Origin: a virus
Lineage: Duplodnaviria > Caudoviricetes
Direction: 5' to 3' (one strand)
DNA: 40,927 bases
IMG/VR virus record: IMGVR_UViG_3300030207_003081
Span: 1 to 40,927 of that record
The notes beneath the pieces are model-generated. The model ran no database searches and had not been told where the DNA came from. It saw only the letters and a list, made by a program, of their open reading frames with translations. The translations under genes and the position numbers were made by a program. Of this stretch, positions 19,522 to 27,770 are shown piece by piece; positions within the stretch are counted from its first letter, which is position 1, and each line of letters begins with the position of its first letter.

Positions 19522-21603
19522 TCAGTGCATGTCTAGCCAGTTATTTCCAACCTTTTGCTCAATCAAAAGAGGGACATACAGGTCTATATCGAACGTCGTT
19601 TTTATCAGGCGCTCGATGTTTTCCGGGCTCAATAGCTCGTCCAGCAGCAACGTGATCTCGATAATCTCGTCCGGCGGCACGTCAAGCAGCACGCTATCGT
19701 GAACGGTGTTGATAATAAGTGCGCGTCGGTTGTCTGCGCGCAGCGCGTCACGCAAGTGGATCAGGCAGGCGGGCACGAAGCAGGCCGTGGCAACAGACTG
19801 GCAGGGATAGTTTTTGATTTTCGTGGACCCAGATGCCCCACCTGACGGCGTGCGCTTGGCATCCGGGAACGCAAACTCCCGGCCCGTCGGTAATTTAATT
19901 AGTTTAGTCCGGATTGCTTCGTCTTGCAGCGCGCCATGCCAGCGCCGTATCCCTTCGTACTTGTCCACGAAGTGCATGTTGTACGCACGCTCTGCCGGTG
20001 TGCCGCTCACGCTGCCGTACAGTGGCGCGAACGTGCGCGACTTAGCCTCCTGCCTCGTGGTCGGCTGCCCGTTCGTGGTTAGATAGTCAGCGGTGTACTG
20101 GTGTACATCAAACCCGGTAAGAATCTCGTGCTTCGCAGTCTCATCCTGTGCCAGGTGCGCCGCGACGCGGAACTCTAACTGGGCAAAGTCGAACTCGATA
20201 AGCTGACCCTCGGCAAACCGAGACACGAATGCTTTCTTCACAGGGAAGGTGCCTGCCCTCGGCATGTTCTGTAGGTTTGGGCTCGATGACGACAGCCTAC
20301 CGGTCGCCGTGCGGCACTGGTTGAACTCTGCGTAAAGGTAGCCGTCGAGCATACGTTTGTGGATGCCCTCGACAAAACTACTTAAATAAGTGTCCAGTGC
20401 CCCGAGCCTCTCCACCTTTTTAATAAAGGACAGCGCCTCCTCAAACTTCATGTTTGGGCGCGCCTGCATCACGCTCTCTAGCTGCCGAGCTAAAGATTGC
20501 AGGCGGTTCTTGTCCGTGCTGAACCCGCCGGCGGTGGCCCACTGGCTGTTGGGTGGGTTAATTTTGAACCCTGCCAGTGTCGGGGTCGCCTGGTATCGGG
20601 TGCCCACGCCCCCGCACTCTGCGCACGTCTGCCCTCGCTTGTACTTTGTGCCGTCCTTGCGGGTTTTAAATATCTTGCCGGTTCCGTCACAAGCGGTGCA
20701 GTGAACCGCGAACGTGCGATACACCGGCTCGCATTGCTGGCGCAGGTATTGTTTGTACTTGCTCTCCGACATCTTGGGGCGGAACGGTCTATCTAATTGA
20801 AAAAACCTGGCGTGTTGCTGCTTAGATTTAGGCCGCCGGCTATACAGGATCTGACTAAGCTGTTCAGGCGATGCCAGATTGTACGGCATGTCGCCCATGA
20901 CATGGCTCACGATCTCGCGCAGGTCTTGTTCGAGCACGGCCTTCTCTTCGCGGAACTCGCGCTCGACCCGCAGCAATGTGCCTGCGTCAATTCGCATCCC
21001 TGCGTAGCACATTTCCGCGAGACACATCGTGAATTTACATGTAAGCAGAAGCGTCCTGTGCAGGGGTTCACCCATATAGTCAGCTAGTTGCGCAAGGTAC
21101 AGGTCCGTCGTAGCGCGCAGGTCTTGCTTGCCATATTCCTCGACAACTTCCCAGGGCATGGCCTCGTAACCGATACCCTTGTTGAAATATTCCTTGGTAG
21201 CGTCGGACTTTTGTTCACTTAGATTACGCCTTTCACATGACGCGGCTAGTGACATAGGCATGCGACGGCCTCGGGCCAGCAGATACTCACCCACCATAGT
21301 GTCATGTATTTCGCCATGATAATCGATACCCACGGCCCAGATCCATTGCAGGTCGAACTGCGCATTATGCATGACGAGCAGGCTGGCCTCTTGTTCAATC
21401 AGCCGCTTCACCTCGTTAAAACCATCAGCATCCACGGGCTTTTCTACGTGATTTACGGGCACGTACCAAATATCTTTAGTGTCGATATCCTGTAGGCCAA
21501 TAGAAACTATGTAGTTTTTAGGGTTCTGCGGCCTATTATCTACAGCCCGGCTCCCTAGCCATTCGACAGTCGTTTCTACGTCAAGTGTGAATCGTCTAGT
21601 CAT
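19522..21603 (-). CDS. DNA polymerase family A with 3'-5' exonuclease and DnaJ-like Zn insertion
   Basis: DVET (ExoI), HNAQFDL, TGRLSSS.PNLQN, DFAQLEFR (motif A), RQEAKSRTFAPLYG (motif B), VHDS (motif C); CxxCxGxG twice. Confidence 0.95.
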   Translation of the reverse strand: MTRRFTLDVETTVEWLGSRAVDNRPQNPKNYIVSIGLQDIDTKDIWYVPVNHVEKPVDADGFNEVKRLIEQEASLLVMHNAQFDLQWIWAVGIDYHGEIHDTMVGEYLLARGRRMPMSLAASCERRNLSEQKSDATKEYFNKGIGYEAMPWEVVEEYGKQDLRATTDLYLAQLADYMGEPLHRTLLLTCKFTMCLAEMCYAGMRIDAGTLLRVEREFREEKAVLEQDLREIVSHVMGDMPYNLASPEQLSQILYSRRPKSKQQHARFFQLDRPFRPKMSESKYKQYLRQQCEPVYRTFAVHCTACDGTGKIFKTRKDGTKYKRGQTCAECGGVGTRYQATPTLAGFKINPPNSQWATAGGFSTDKNRLQSLARQLESVMQARPNMKFEEALSFIKKVERLGALDTYLSSFVEGIHKRMLDGYLYAEFNQCRTATGRLSSSSPNLQNMPRAGTFPVKKAFVSRFAEGQLIEFDFAQLEFRVAAHLAQDETAKHEILTGFDVHQYTADYLTTNGQPTTRQEAKSRTFAPLYGSVSGTPAERAYNMHFVDKYEGIRRWHGALQDEAIRTKLIKLPTGREFAFPDAKRTPSGGASGSTKIKNYPCQSVATACFVPACLIHLRDALRADNRRALIINTVHDSVLLDVPPDEIIEITLLLDELLSPENIERLIKTTFDIDLYVPLLIEQKVGNNWLDMH

Positions 21604-22819
21604 CGTATCTCCCTATCCGGCCATCGATCACGCAATGGATCTGGCCATGCCATCCAGTTATTTTATTTTTAGCAATGTTGATGACCCGCCGGGGATCATT
21701 TTCCTGAGCGCCCTCTATCAAACCATATCGGCCTATCAAAATCATAATATCTGCTTCAGCCGCCTTGCCGGTTTTGCTGCCCTCAAGCATAGCCAAATTC
21801 AAGTTAGTCCTGCCCTCGGCGTCGGCACTTAATTGCGAGTAACCTACGATTACAATATCATGCCGCGTCGCCATGTCTCGTGTGCGCCGGTACAATTCAC
21901 GTAACTTTTCATGCAAAGGCAGCGCGTCTGACACACCGACGGATACCTTATCTAACATATCAATGATTAAAATATCGGGGCGATGTTGTTTAATATGTGC
22001 TTCGATGCCATCAAGACCTGCATCATCGGGGATGCGGCCTATCCATAACTTACCTAAATCAAATGGATTAAAATCACTGGCCCTTATCATATCAACATCT
22101 AGGTCCTCTTGCGGCACACCGAATGCACTTGTGTAATATCGTAGTGCGACCCGTGAAGTTTTTTCTTCATTACATAAAACGTGGACCCGCGCACCTTGCT
22201 CTACCCATCCGCCTGGTGCGACGGAAAACGAGGCATGTGATGTAGTTTTTCCAGTTTCTGGGCGAGATCCTATTACGCAAAAGTGGCCCGGTGATAATCC
22301 GGCTACTCTTTCACGTAGACTATTTAAATTGAATGCCCACTTCTCCTCTTGATTTAATGTAGAAAGCAGTGCTTCGGGGTCTAAGTTTTCTGCAACCATC
22401 GGCGATTGTTGACCGGCCATGTTGGAATCATAGCCATCCAGAAGACAACGCAATGTGTCTATGCTATTTGTGTTACCTTCCATCAGCGCAAAACCCGCCT
22501 CGCCAATCTGCCGCCCTAATTCTACGCGCATCATATCTCGTAGAACTTCCTCAACCATCTCAGGCGACATCGGCTCTACATCACGTAATTTAGCTAACAA
22601 TAAATCATATGCGTCTTTTTGAGATTTAGTGAGGCCAGGGTTTTTAGAATGAAAATAAACTTTGAGATCTGAGGGCGTTATATCGTGCTCGAACTTTTCA
22701 TGTGCCTCGCCTAAAGCGCGCACGATAGCTCTCGGTTCTTTCTCAAACGCGTCTAATGGTATACGAGATAGCCTGGAATAAACGTCTTTATCGCATAATG
22801 CTCTTATGACTTGGATCAT
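21596..22819 (-). CDS. Replicative SF4 (DnaB-like) helicase
   Basis: Walker A GSRPETGKT, NEE, ILIID, SQLS..AEG, SKTGK..EAD, IAKNK. Confidence 0.9.
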   Translation of the reverse strand: MIQVIRALCDKDVYSRLSRIPLDAFEKEPRAIVRALGEAHEKFEHDITPSDLKVYFHSKNPGLTKSQKDAYDLLLAKLRDVEPMSPEMVEEVLRDMMRVELGRQIGEAGFALMEGNTNSIDTLRCLLDGYDSNMAGQQSPMVAENLDPEALLSTLNQEEKWAFNLNSLRERVAGLSPGHFCVIGSRPETGKTTSHASFSVAPGGWVEQGARVHVLCNEEKTSRVALRYYTSAFGVPQEDLDVDMIRASDFNPFDLGKLWIGRIPDDAGLDGIEAHIKQHRPDILIIDMLDKVSVGVSDALPLHEKLRELYRRTRDMATRHDIVIVGYSQLSADAEGRTNLNLAMLEGSKTGKAAEADIMILIGRYGLIEGAQENDPRRVINIAKNKITGWHGQIHCVIDGRIGRYDD

Positions 22820-23555
22820 CGAACAGCCCCCCTATGTCTTCTAAATTCATATCTTTCAGATCAGACGATAACATCATGACTTTGCAGCGGTCAACGAACG
22901 CTGATAGGCGACGATGCATAGCGACGGCCTTATCAGTAGCGTCTTGATCTAAACAAATGAAAACAGATTTATACTGCCCTGCCGCAACAAGGTGCTCGGT
23001 AGTTAGGTTGGTGCCCAGAAGTGCCATTGACGCCGCTGCGGGGCATGCCAGACAGGCCTTACGCGCGGAGACGATATCCTCTACGATGATTAGCCAATCG
23101 CCGTCACCGACCACCACAGGCGCCTTGCTGTCGGTGTATCTATACCATTTAGGGTTTTGGTTGCAAATTGTCCTGCCGATGGCATCTACTGCCCGGCCTC
23201 TTAAATCACGTAAAATGAAGACGACTCTGCGTCGGATAGGATCGAAGGCCACATCCTCTTGAGTTATGCCAAAATTTTCGCATAGACGTAATACATCATC
23301 ACTCCAAACAAAATTAGGCAGATCTCGTCTGACACCATTTTCTAACTCGCCTTTTCTATGTGATATAGAGCGCCGCAGATCGTCGGCAGTGAGGCCCACT
23401 TTTTTGTGTCCTCGAAAGCCGCAGGACGCAGCATAACAATTGTAAATAAATGACTCGTTGACCCGAGATACGGTGAAAGTTTGAGGGCGATGACACTTTG
23501 GACACCGCCCCCGATACGTTTCGCCAATCGCCAGATCTGGAAGTTTTAAATCCAC
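22788..23555 (-). CDS. DNA primase (Zn finger + TOPRIM)
   Basis: CPKC...CY.ASC zinc finger; IIVED..SA; LLGT; LDQDA. Confidence 0.9.
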   Translation of the reverse strand: MDLKLPDLAIGETYRGRCPKCHRPQTFTVSRVNESFIYNCYAASCGFRGHKKVGLTADDLRRSISHRKGELENGVRRDLPNFVWSDDVLRLCENFGITQEDVAFDPIRRRVVFILRDLRGRAVDAIGRTICNQNPKWYRYTDSKAPVVVGDGDWLIIVEDIVSARKACLACPAAASMALLGTNLTTEHLVAAGQYKSVFICLDQDATDKAVAMHRRLSAFVDRCKVMMLSSDLKDMNLEDIGGLFDDPSHKSIMR

Positions 23556-23737
23556 GGGCTGTTCGCGTCCATGCGTGGCTTGCTGTTATAGCGTAGCTTT
23601 GCCTGCGTCTCCGCAGCGCGGCGCCCGCCTTCCCAGCCCTGTGCATGGCCTCGATTGAACCCGAGCCAAAACGCCACGGCGGCGGCGCAGCCGACTGCGC
23701 CTACCACCAACACCGATAGAATGAACTCCGCTGCCAT
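23546..23737 (-). CDS. Small membrane protein
   Basis: GGAGG RBS, TGATG coupling, hydrophobic N-terminal helix. Confidence 0.65.
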   Translation of the reverse strand: MAAEFILSVLVVGAVGCAAAVAFWLGFNRGHAQGWEGGRRAAETQAKLRYNSKPRMDANSPWI

Positions 23738-24003
23738 CAGTCGGCCTCCTCCCGCTGTGCGTGATACTCGCGGTGGAAATCAATCACAGCCTGCAACGCC
23801 AGTCGGCACTCCCATGCCTGGCGGCTGACCATTTCGAGGGCAATCTTTGTTTCGGGCTCAATACTGTCAAGCATTTGATCTTCCTCAAGCGCCTCCTGTG
23901 CGCTCGCTATCAGCCTCATCACATAGGCGAAGTCTGTGTTCAACATTTGCCTCACCATTTTAGCGAAGGCCTTTTCGCCTTCCTTCTGCTCGTCATCGTT
24001 CAT
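23737..24003 (-). CDS. Hypothetical protein
   Basis: AGGAGG RBS before MNDDEQ. Confidence 0.7.
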   Translation of the reverse strand: MNDDEQKEGEKAFAKMVRQMLNTDFAYVMRLIASAQEALEEDQMLDSIEPETKIALEMVSRQAWECRLALQAVIDFHREYHAQREEAD

Positions 24004-24028
24004 GTGTGTACCTCCTACATACGGGTAA

Positions 24029-24056
24029 AGCAGGGCGAGCAAGCGCCCACCCTGCT
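24029..24056 (-). terminator. 12-bp hairpin, weak terminator or processing site
   Basis: AGCAGGGUGGGC-GCUU-GCUCGCCCUGCU, fully paired only on the - strand via G.U; short U run after. Confidence 0.45.
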
Positions 24057-24066
24057 GTCTAGCTAA

Positions 24067-24315
24067 TTAAGTAATCCGCCAGATCTGCCAAAAATCTATT
24101 CCGTCATGCGTAGTGCGTTTCCGGATCGTGACAGTTTTCCCTTCCTTCCGAAACGCGTTTCGCGCGCTCTCGCCCTCTTGGAAAGTTTGCACGCGAAAAC
24201 TATCGTTGACCTTCATGTTGCGCACGAAAGGTTGCCAGCGACCATATCTCTTTGACGTGTAGACTGGCGCGTCTTCAATCACCGTGTAGAAAAAATTGCT
24301 AGTGCTGCTCTGCAT
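24067..24315 (-). CDS. Small putative DNA-binding protein
   Basis: GGAG RBS; ...M.V.DSF.V...R...IWRI pattern seen in small phage proteins. Confidence 0.6.
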   Translation of the reverse strand: MQSSTSNFFYTVIEDAPVYTSKRYGRWQPFVRNMKVNDSFRVQTFQEGESARNAFRKEGKTVTIRKRTTHDGIDFWQIWRIT

Positions 24316-24341
24316 GGTATGTCTCCCAGTTTATGCAGATT

Positions 24342-24369
24342 ACGGGGGCAGCGGGATTGCCGCCCCCGT
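24342..24369 (-). other. 11-bp GC-rich hairpin between early genes
   Basis: ACGGGGGCGGC-AAUCCC-GCUGCCCCCGU on - strand (one G.U). Confidence 0.5.
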
Positions 24370-24393
24370 TTGTTATGTATAGTGACACCAGTG

Positions 24394-24672
24394 TCAGACC
24401 GAATCCATCCGGTCTTGGCCGCATCCATATACGGTGAGCGCATGCATCATTTCATACTGAACTGACCTTTTTTCTGCGTCCCACTCACCGATAATGCAAT
24501 CGACGATATCATTGAAAAACCCGTAGAAGGTTTCATCGTCTTTGCAAAACTTACCTACCGCTGAGTATACCTCAGCATCAACAAGGTCCCAATTGATGTT
24601 GCCGTTTCTGTCGTAGTTTTCCTCATTCTCAGTGGCAACGTAGATGGCGTCCTTTATGATGTAGTAAATCAT
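24394..24672 (-). CDS. Hypothetical acidic protein
   Basis: ATG at 24672 after upstream stop with AAGGG; 92 aa. Confidence 0.65.
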   Translation of the reverse strand: MIYYIIKDAIYVATENEENYDRNGNINWDLVDAEVYSAVGKFCKDDETFYGFFNDIVDCIIGEWDAEKRSVQYEMMHALTVYGCGQDRMDSV

Positions 24673-24683
24673 GGGCTGCACCC

Positions 24684-25532
24684 TTACGCCGCTAATGCAA
24701 GTTGGAAACGCTCGCTCGCTGCCCACTGCGCGACATCAAAGGACCGGCGGTGCAGCCGTTCAACGGTGTTGTCGTTAGAAGTGCGACGCAACACACTGCC
24801 GTTGCGGTCATCCGCGTAGGTCGCCCAATTTGTCCACGTGTTGTAAAGAGCGAAGGCGTTATCGCCCCACTGATCCCGATGGTCGTGATAGCTAGACAAG
24901 ATAGCCTCCGCCTGCACATCGTTAGCGGATAACTCCCTCACGATCTGCTCGCCATGCGCCTCAAGCATCGGGCTGTTGGCCATGCGACGTAGCATGTCAA
25001 TTTGTTTAGAAAATCCATCATGGGCCTCGTCGATGGTTTCTACGAAGTTTTCCATGCTGAAATTTTTCGTGTTTTTACGCCGCAAACGGGTAATGTCCTC
25101 GCCCAGAACCATCGTGTTCAGGCACCACATCAAAATGGATCCGCTCACGAAATTGTTAGAGGTCAGCCCGTCGACTCCGTGCCATGCGAGTGCCTTGAAC
25201 TGCACCTCGCTAGAACGCCGGGCCGTTTCGACAGTGCTGGTAATGTGCGGAAACACGTACTCTCGCAAGGCCCACGCGCCGTGCCTACTAACCCATGTCC
25301 GCTGTTGGCTGTGACCTAAGCGGCCCTCTATCGCCTCGGTAATCGGGTGAAAAAACTGCGCGTGACTTACCTGTGCCTGGTTTCGCCCAACGATACCCAA
25401 CACGTCGCCTGTGTAGCTGTTGATGACGTAGTCTTTTTTGGCGAAGCGAGTTGGTTCCCGATGGATCGGGAAGTTATATTCATCGGCTGCTGCTTCCATG
25501 GCCTCACCGCCATGACCAAAACTAATTTTCAT
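24684..25532 (-). CDS. DUF932/DUF945-like phage/plasmid protein
   Basis: AGGAGG RBS before MKISF; T..VLGIVG, HGVDG, CLNTM, AFALYN..T.WAT pattern. Confidence 0.75.
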   Translation of the reverse strand: MKISFGHGGEAMEAAADEYNFPIHREPTRFAKKDYVINSYTGDVLGIVGRNQAQVSHAQFFHPITEAIEGRLGHSQQRTWVSRHGAWALREYVFPHITSTVETARRSSEVQFKALAWHGVDGLTSNNFVSGSILMWCLNTMVLGEDITRLRRKNTKNFSMENFVETIDEAHDGFSKQIDMLRRMANSPMLEAHGEQIVRELSANDVQAEAILSSYHDHRDQWGDNAFALYNTWTNWATYADDRNGSVLRRTSNDNTVERLHRRSFDVAQWAASERFQLALAA

Positions 25533-25570
25533 TTCGTACCTCCTACGTTTGGATATCTGGTGACTTATCA

Positions 25571-25650
25571 TCATCAGGCACCCGTTTCAAACATTTATTT
25601 TAGGTAGCGGGGTGCCCCATACAAATAGCACGCGGTTTTGTAGGCCACCT
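25571..25650 (-). ncRNA. Possible pseudoknotted RNA element ending in CUGAUGA
   Basis: Three complementary pairings, two of which cross; same gene-junction position as the hammerheads but no complete core. Confidence 0.3.
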
Positions 25651-25652
25651 TA

Positions 25653-25985
25653 TTAATTTAAATGGGAAGGTGCTGGATCTGTGCCGTTGAACAATGTGAA
25701 TATCCAGCCTATCGCGGTTTTAGCGGAGGACGCCTGGTGCCCATCATAGTTGTATAGGAAATCAACCATCTCCCCGAGCATATCCTGCGCGGGATCATCG
25801 CAGAAAATCCACGTGCTGTGATTATCGCGCCTGATAAAATCCTCGGCGGTTTCGATGCTCAATTCGCCAAATCGTTCGGAGTCGAATCCGGCCTTATCGA
25901 CAGCGTCTAAATATTCGCCGTCAGACCAGGCGATCCAGGCGCTAGCGTCGCCCCGGTGCGGTATCTCTAAGATGACTCGGATCAT
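25653..25985 (-). CDS. Early hypothetical protein
   Basis: 110 aa, AGGA RBS just 3' of the hammerhead at 26010-26071. Confidence 0.7.
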   Translation of the reverse strand: MIRVILEIPHRGDASAWIAWSDGEYLDAVDKAGFDSERFGELSIETAEDFIRRDNHSTWIFCDDPAQDMLGEMVDFLYNYDGHQASSAKTAIGWIFTLFNGTDPAPSHLN

Positions 25986-26009
25986 AGCTGTTGTCCTATT
26001 TCAAATAAT

Positions 26010-26071
26010 TGCGCTAGCTCATCAGGCCGGGTTTGCGCAGGGCCCGGCGACGCCCCGCAGGGCGTTTCGCT
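26010..26071 (-). ncRNA. Type II hammerhead ribozyme (canonical CUGAUGA-G core)
   Basis: AGC-GAA-ACGCCC(UGCG)GGGCGU-C^-GCCGGG(CCCUGCGCAAA)CCCGGC-CUGAUGA-GCU-A-GCGCA; predicted cut between 26049 and 26048. Confidence 0.9.
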
Positions 26072-26080
26072 TTATTAATT

Positions 26081-26308
26081 TCATGGTTTCACCCATGAAT
26101 GAAAGGGCAGGCTGGAGCGCAATCGCCAATAATTTGATGTTAGATCCGCCCTTTTTATTTTCCGCCCGCGCCTGCTCAAATCCGCGCGGCCTCCCTTATT
26201 AACTAAACCGGTCCATGCGCTTCCATCGGGCGCGGTGCAGGTTACATAGTCCCCAACAGATACAATCGCAAGAGTCCCGCTGGTAGTCTGCATAGTGACT
26301 CGACTCAT
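26081..26308 (-). CDS. Early hypothetical protein
   Basis: MSRVTMQ start with ATGA overlap on the upstream stop and AAGGA RBS; 75 aa. Confidence 0.65.
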   Translation of the reverse strand: MSRVTMQTTSGTLAIVSVGDYVTCTAPDGSAWTGLVNKGGRADLSRRGRKIKRADLTSNYWRLRSSLPFHSWVKP

Positions 26309-27051
26309 AGCGTTTGTTCCTTTGCTCTGTTGAAATGCCCTTTTCCGGCCCCGTGCGCGTAAATCGCAATGCTTTTCGCTTTCTTTCGTGTGCCAGCGCA
26401 TAAACCGCAATCTGTACATTTCACGCGCGGCGCAGGGCACATGATTTCCCGCCCTTCTACGGGTTTTTCGTGCGGCGCCATGACACGAAAAGTTCTTTCG
26501 CCCTGCGACCATGCGGACCACGCTTCTAATTCCGAGTCGCAGGATCGCATGGTCAAATCGGGGCGGTAATCCGCGCGGGGATTGTTAGCCTGATGCGAGT
26601 AACCGGTAAAACCGCTAGCCTCCGCAATTACATCATCCCATATGTATGAGGGCACCAGCGCGGGATCGCCGTAAGTTCCGAAACGCACCATAGCGCCGCG
26701 CGCGTGCTCTGTTATTTCCCGGCGATCACGGGCCCGCTCATAACCGCCGGCCTTGTAATGCTTCCATACTATTAGAACGCCCTGCTGGATTTGCACATAG
26801 CAGGACCTATTCTTGGCGAAAGTTCTTGTCAAAAAATCCGGATCTAGCGGATCAATCGGCGTGCCCTTGTGGATACAATCGCCGCAGATTGAAATATCCG
26901 CGCCCGTCTTATTCGCTAGGCGCGGATCCATATCGGCAAGCATGATATAAATTTGAACCATATCGCCCGTTTTATCGTTGCGCGCGCTGCGCACCGCAAT
27001 GGCGACAATCCTTGCGCCGTCCTGTAAGGACGGGCCTTCGTAAATAATCAT
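26305..27051 (-). CDS. Cys-rich conserved phage early protein (Gp88/DUF7227-like, possible Fe-S)
   Basis: N.KTGDMVQ, ICGDC, CYV, VRFGTYGDP, GYSHQ, CP....CxxCxxC. Confidence 0.65.
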   Translation of the reverse strand: MIIYEGPSLQDGARIVAIAVRSARNDKTGDMVQIYIMLADMDPRLANKTGADISICGDCIHKGTPIDPLDPDFLTRTFAKNRSCYVQIQQGVLIVWKHYKAGGYERARDRREITEHARGAMVRFGTYGDPALVPSYIWDDVIAEASGFTGYSHQANNPRADYRPDLTMRSCDSELEAWSAWSQGERTFRVMAPHEKPVEGREIMCPAPRVKCTDCGLCAGTRKKAKSIAIYAHGAGKGHFNRAKEQTL

Positions 27052-27072
27052 TTCGGGATCCCCCGTGGTTAT

Positions 27073-27135
27073 TGCGCTAGCATCATCAGGCCGGGTTTGC
27101 GCAGGGCCCGGCGACGCCCCGCAGGGCGTTTCGCT
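27073..27135 (-). ncRNA. Type II hammerhead ribozyme (extra U after A9)
   Basis: Same sequence as 26010 copy plus one U (CUGAUGA-U-GCU); predicted cut between 27113 and 27112. Confidence 0.88.
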
Positions 27136-27145
27136 TTATTAGGTA

Positions 27146-27355
27146 TTATTTCACGGCGCTAATTAATCCGTTGCGCATGGTAACTTCCGCGAAAAATTCC
27201 CGGCCCCCGTTGCCCTGGATTTTTGGCCGATGCGCCACCGGAAAACTACCGTTCTCTTGATATTCCGGCCCAAATGCGCTGGTCTCGGTGTACCGCAGCG
27301 GCTGGCCGATATTCTCTTTCAATTCCTTTTTGGTTTTGTAATGAACAAGCATCAT
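27146..27355 (-). CDS. Early hypothetical protein
   Basis: AAGGAG RBS then MMLVHYKTKKELKENIGQPL.Y.ETS.FG.EY; 69 aa. Confidence 0.8.
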   Translation of the reverse strand: MMLVHYKTKKELKENIGQPLRYTETSAFGPEYQENGSFPVAHRPKIQGNGGREFFAEVTMRNGLISAVK

Positions 27356-27377
27356 AGTCCGACTCCTTCCCGTGGGT

Positions 27378-27440
27378 TGCGCTAGCATCATCAGGCCGGG
27401 TTTGCGCAGGGCCCGGCGACGCCCCGCAGGGCGTTTCGCT
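27378..27440 (-). ncRNA. Type II hammerhead ribozyme (extra U after A9)
   Basis: Identical to the 27073 copy; predicted cut between 27418 and 27417. Confidence 0.88.
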
Positions 27441-27748
27441 TATAGTTGCTCAATATCATCCAATGTCCAATTGAACCGGGCCGGCCCTTTCGCCATCAGC
27501 TTCCGCGCCCGTGGAGTCGTTTCTTTAAGCGTGACTCGGGCGAGCTTGTTTTCGTAATTGGTCATGGCCAAATTAACCATGGCATCGGGCGAAGTGCGAA
27601 AAAGCATGTTCCCGCATTGCATAAAATACATCGGGCCCCCGTTTCTGGTATTTTTTAGACGTTCAACAATGGTGATGCGGCCTTCCGTGACCATGGTCGC
27701 GCGGCGGCGATGTTTACGCGTCGCCTGGATGATGTGTTTATCTGTCAT
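27440..27748 (-). CDS. Early hypothetical protein
   Basis: GAAAGGA RBS then MTDKHII; 102 aa; stop codon overlaps the next ribozyme. Confidence 0.7.
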   Translation of the reverse strand: MTDKHIIQATRKHRRRATMVTEGRITIVERLKNTRNGGPMYFMQCGNMLFRTSPDAMVNLAMTNYENKLARVTLKETTPRARKLMAKGPARFNWTLDDIEQL

Positions 27749-27770
27749 GGCTGGATCCTTTCCCGTGGGT

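Noticed and set aside
25571-25650. HDV-like, pistol, twister or SAM-II assignment for the pseudoknot
   Set aside because: Required elements (HDV P3/P1.1, pistol and twister conserved nucleotides, SAM-II core) could not be placed by eye
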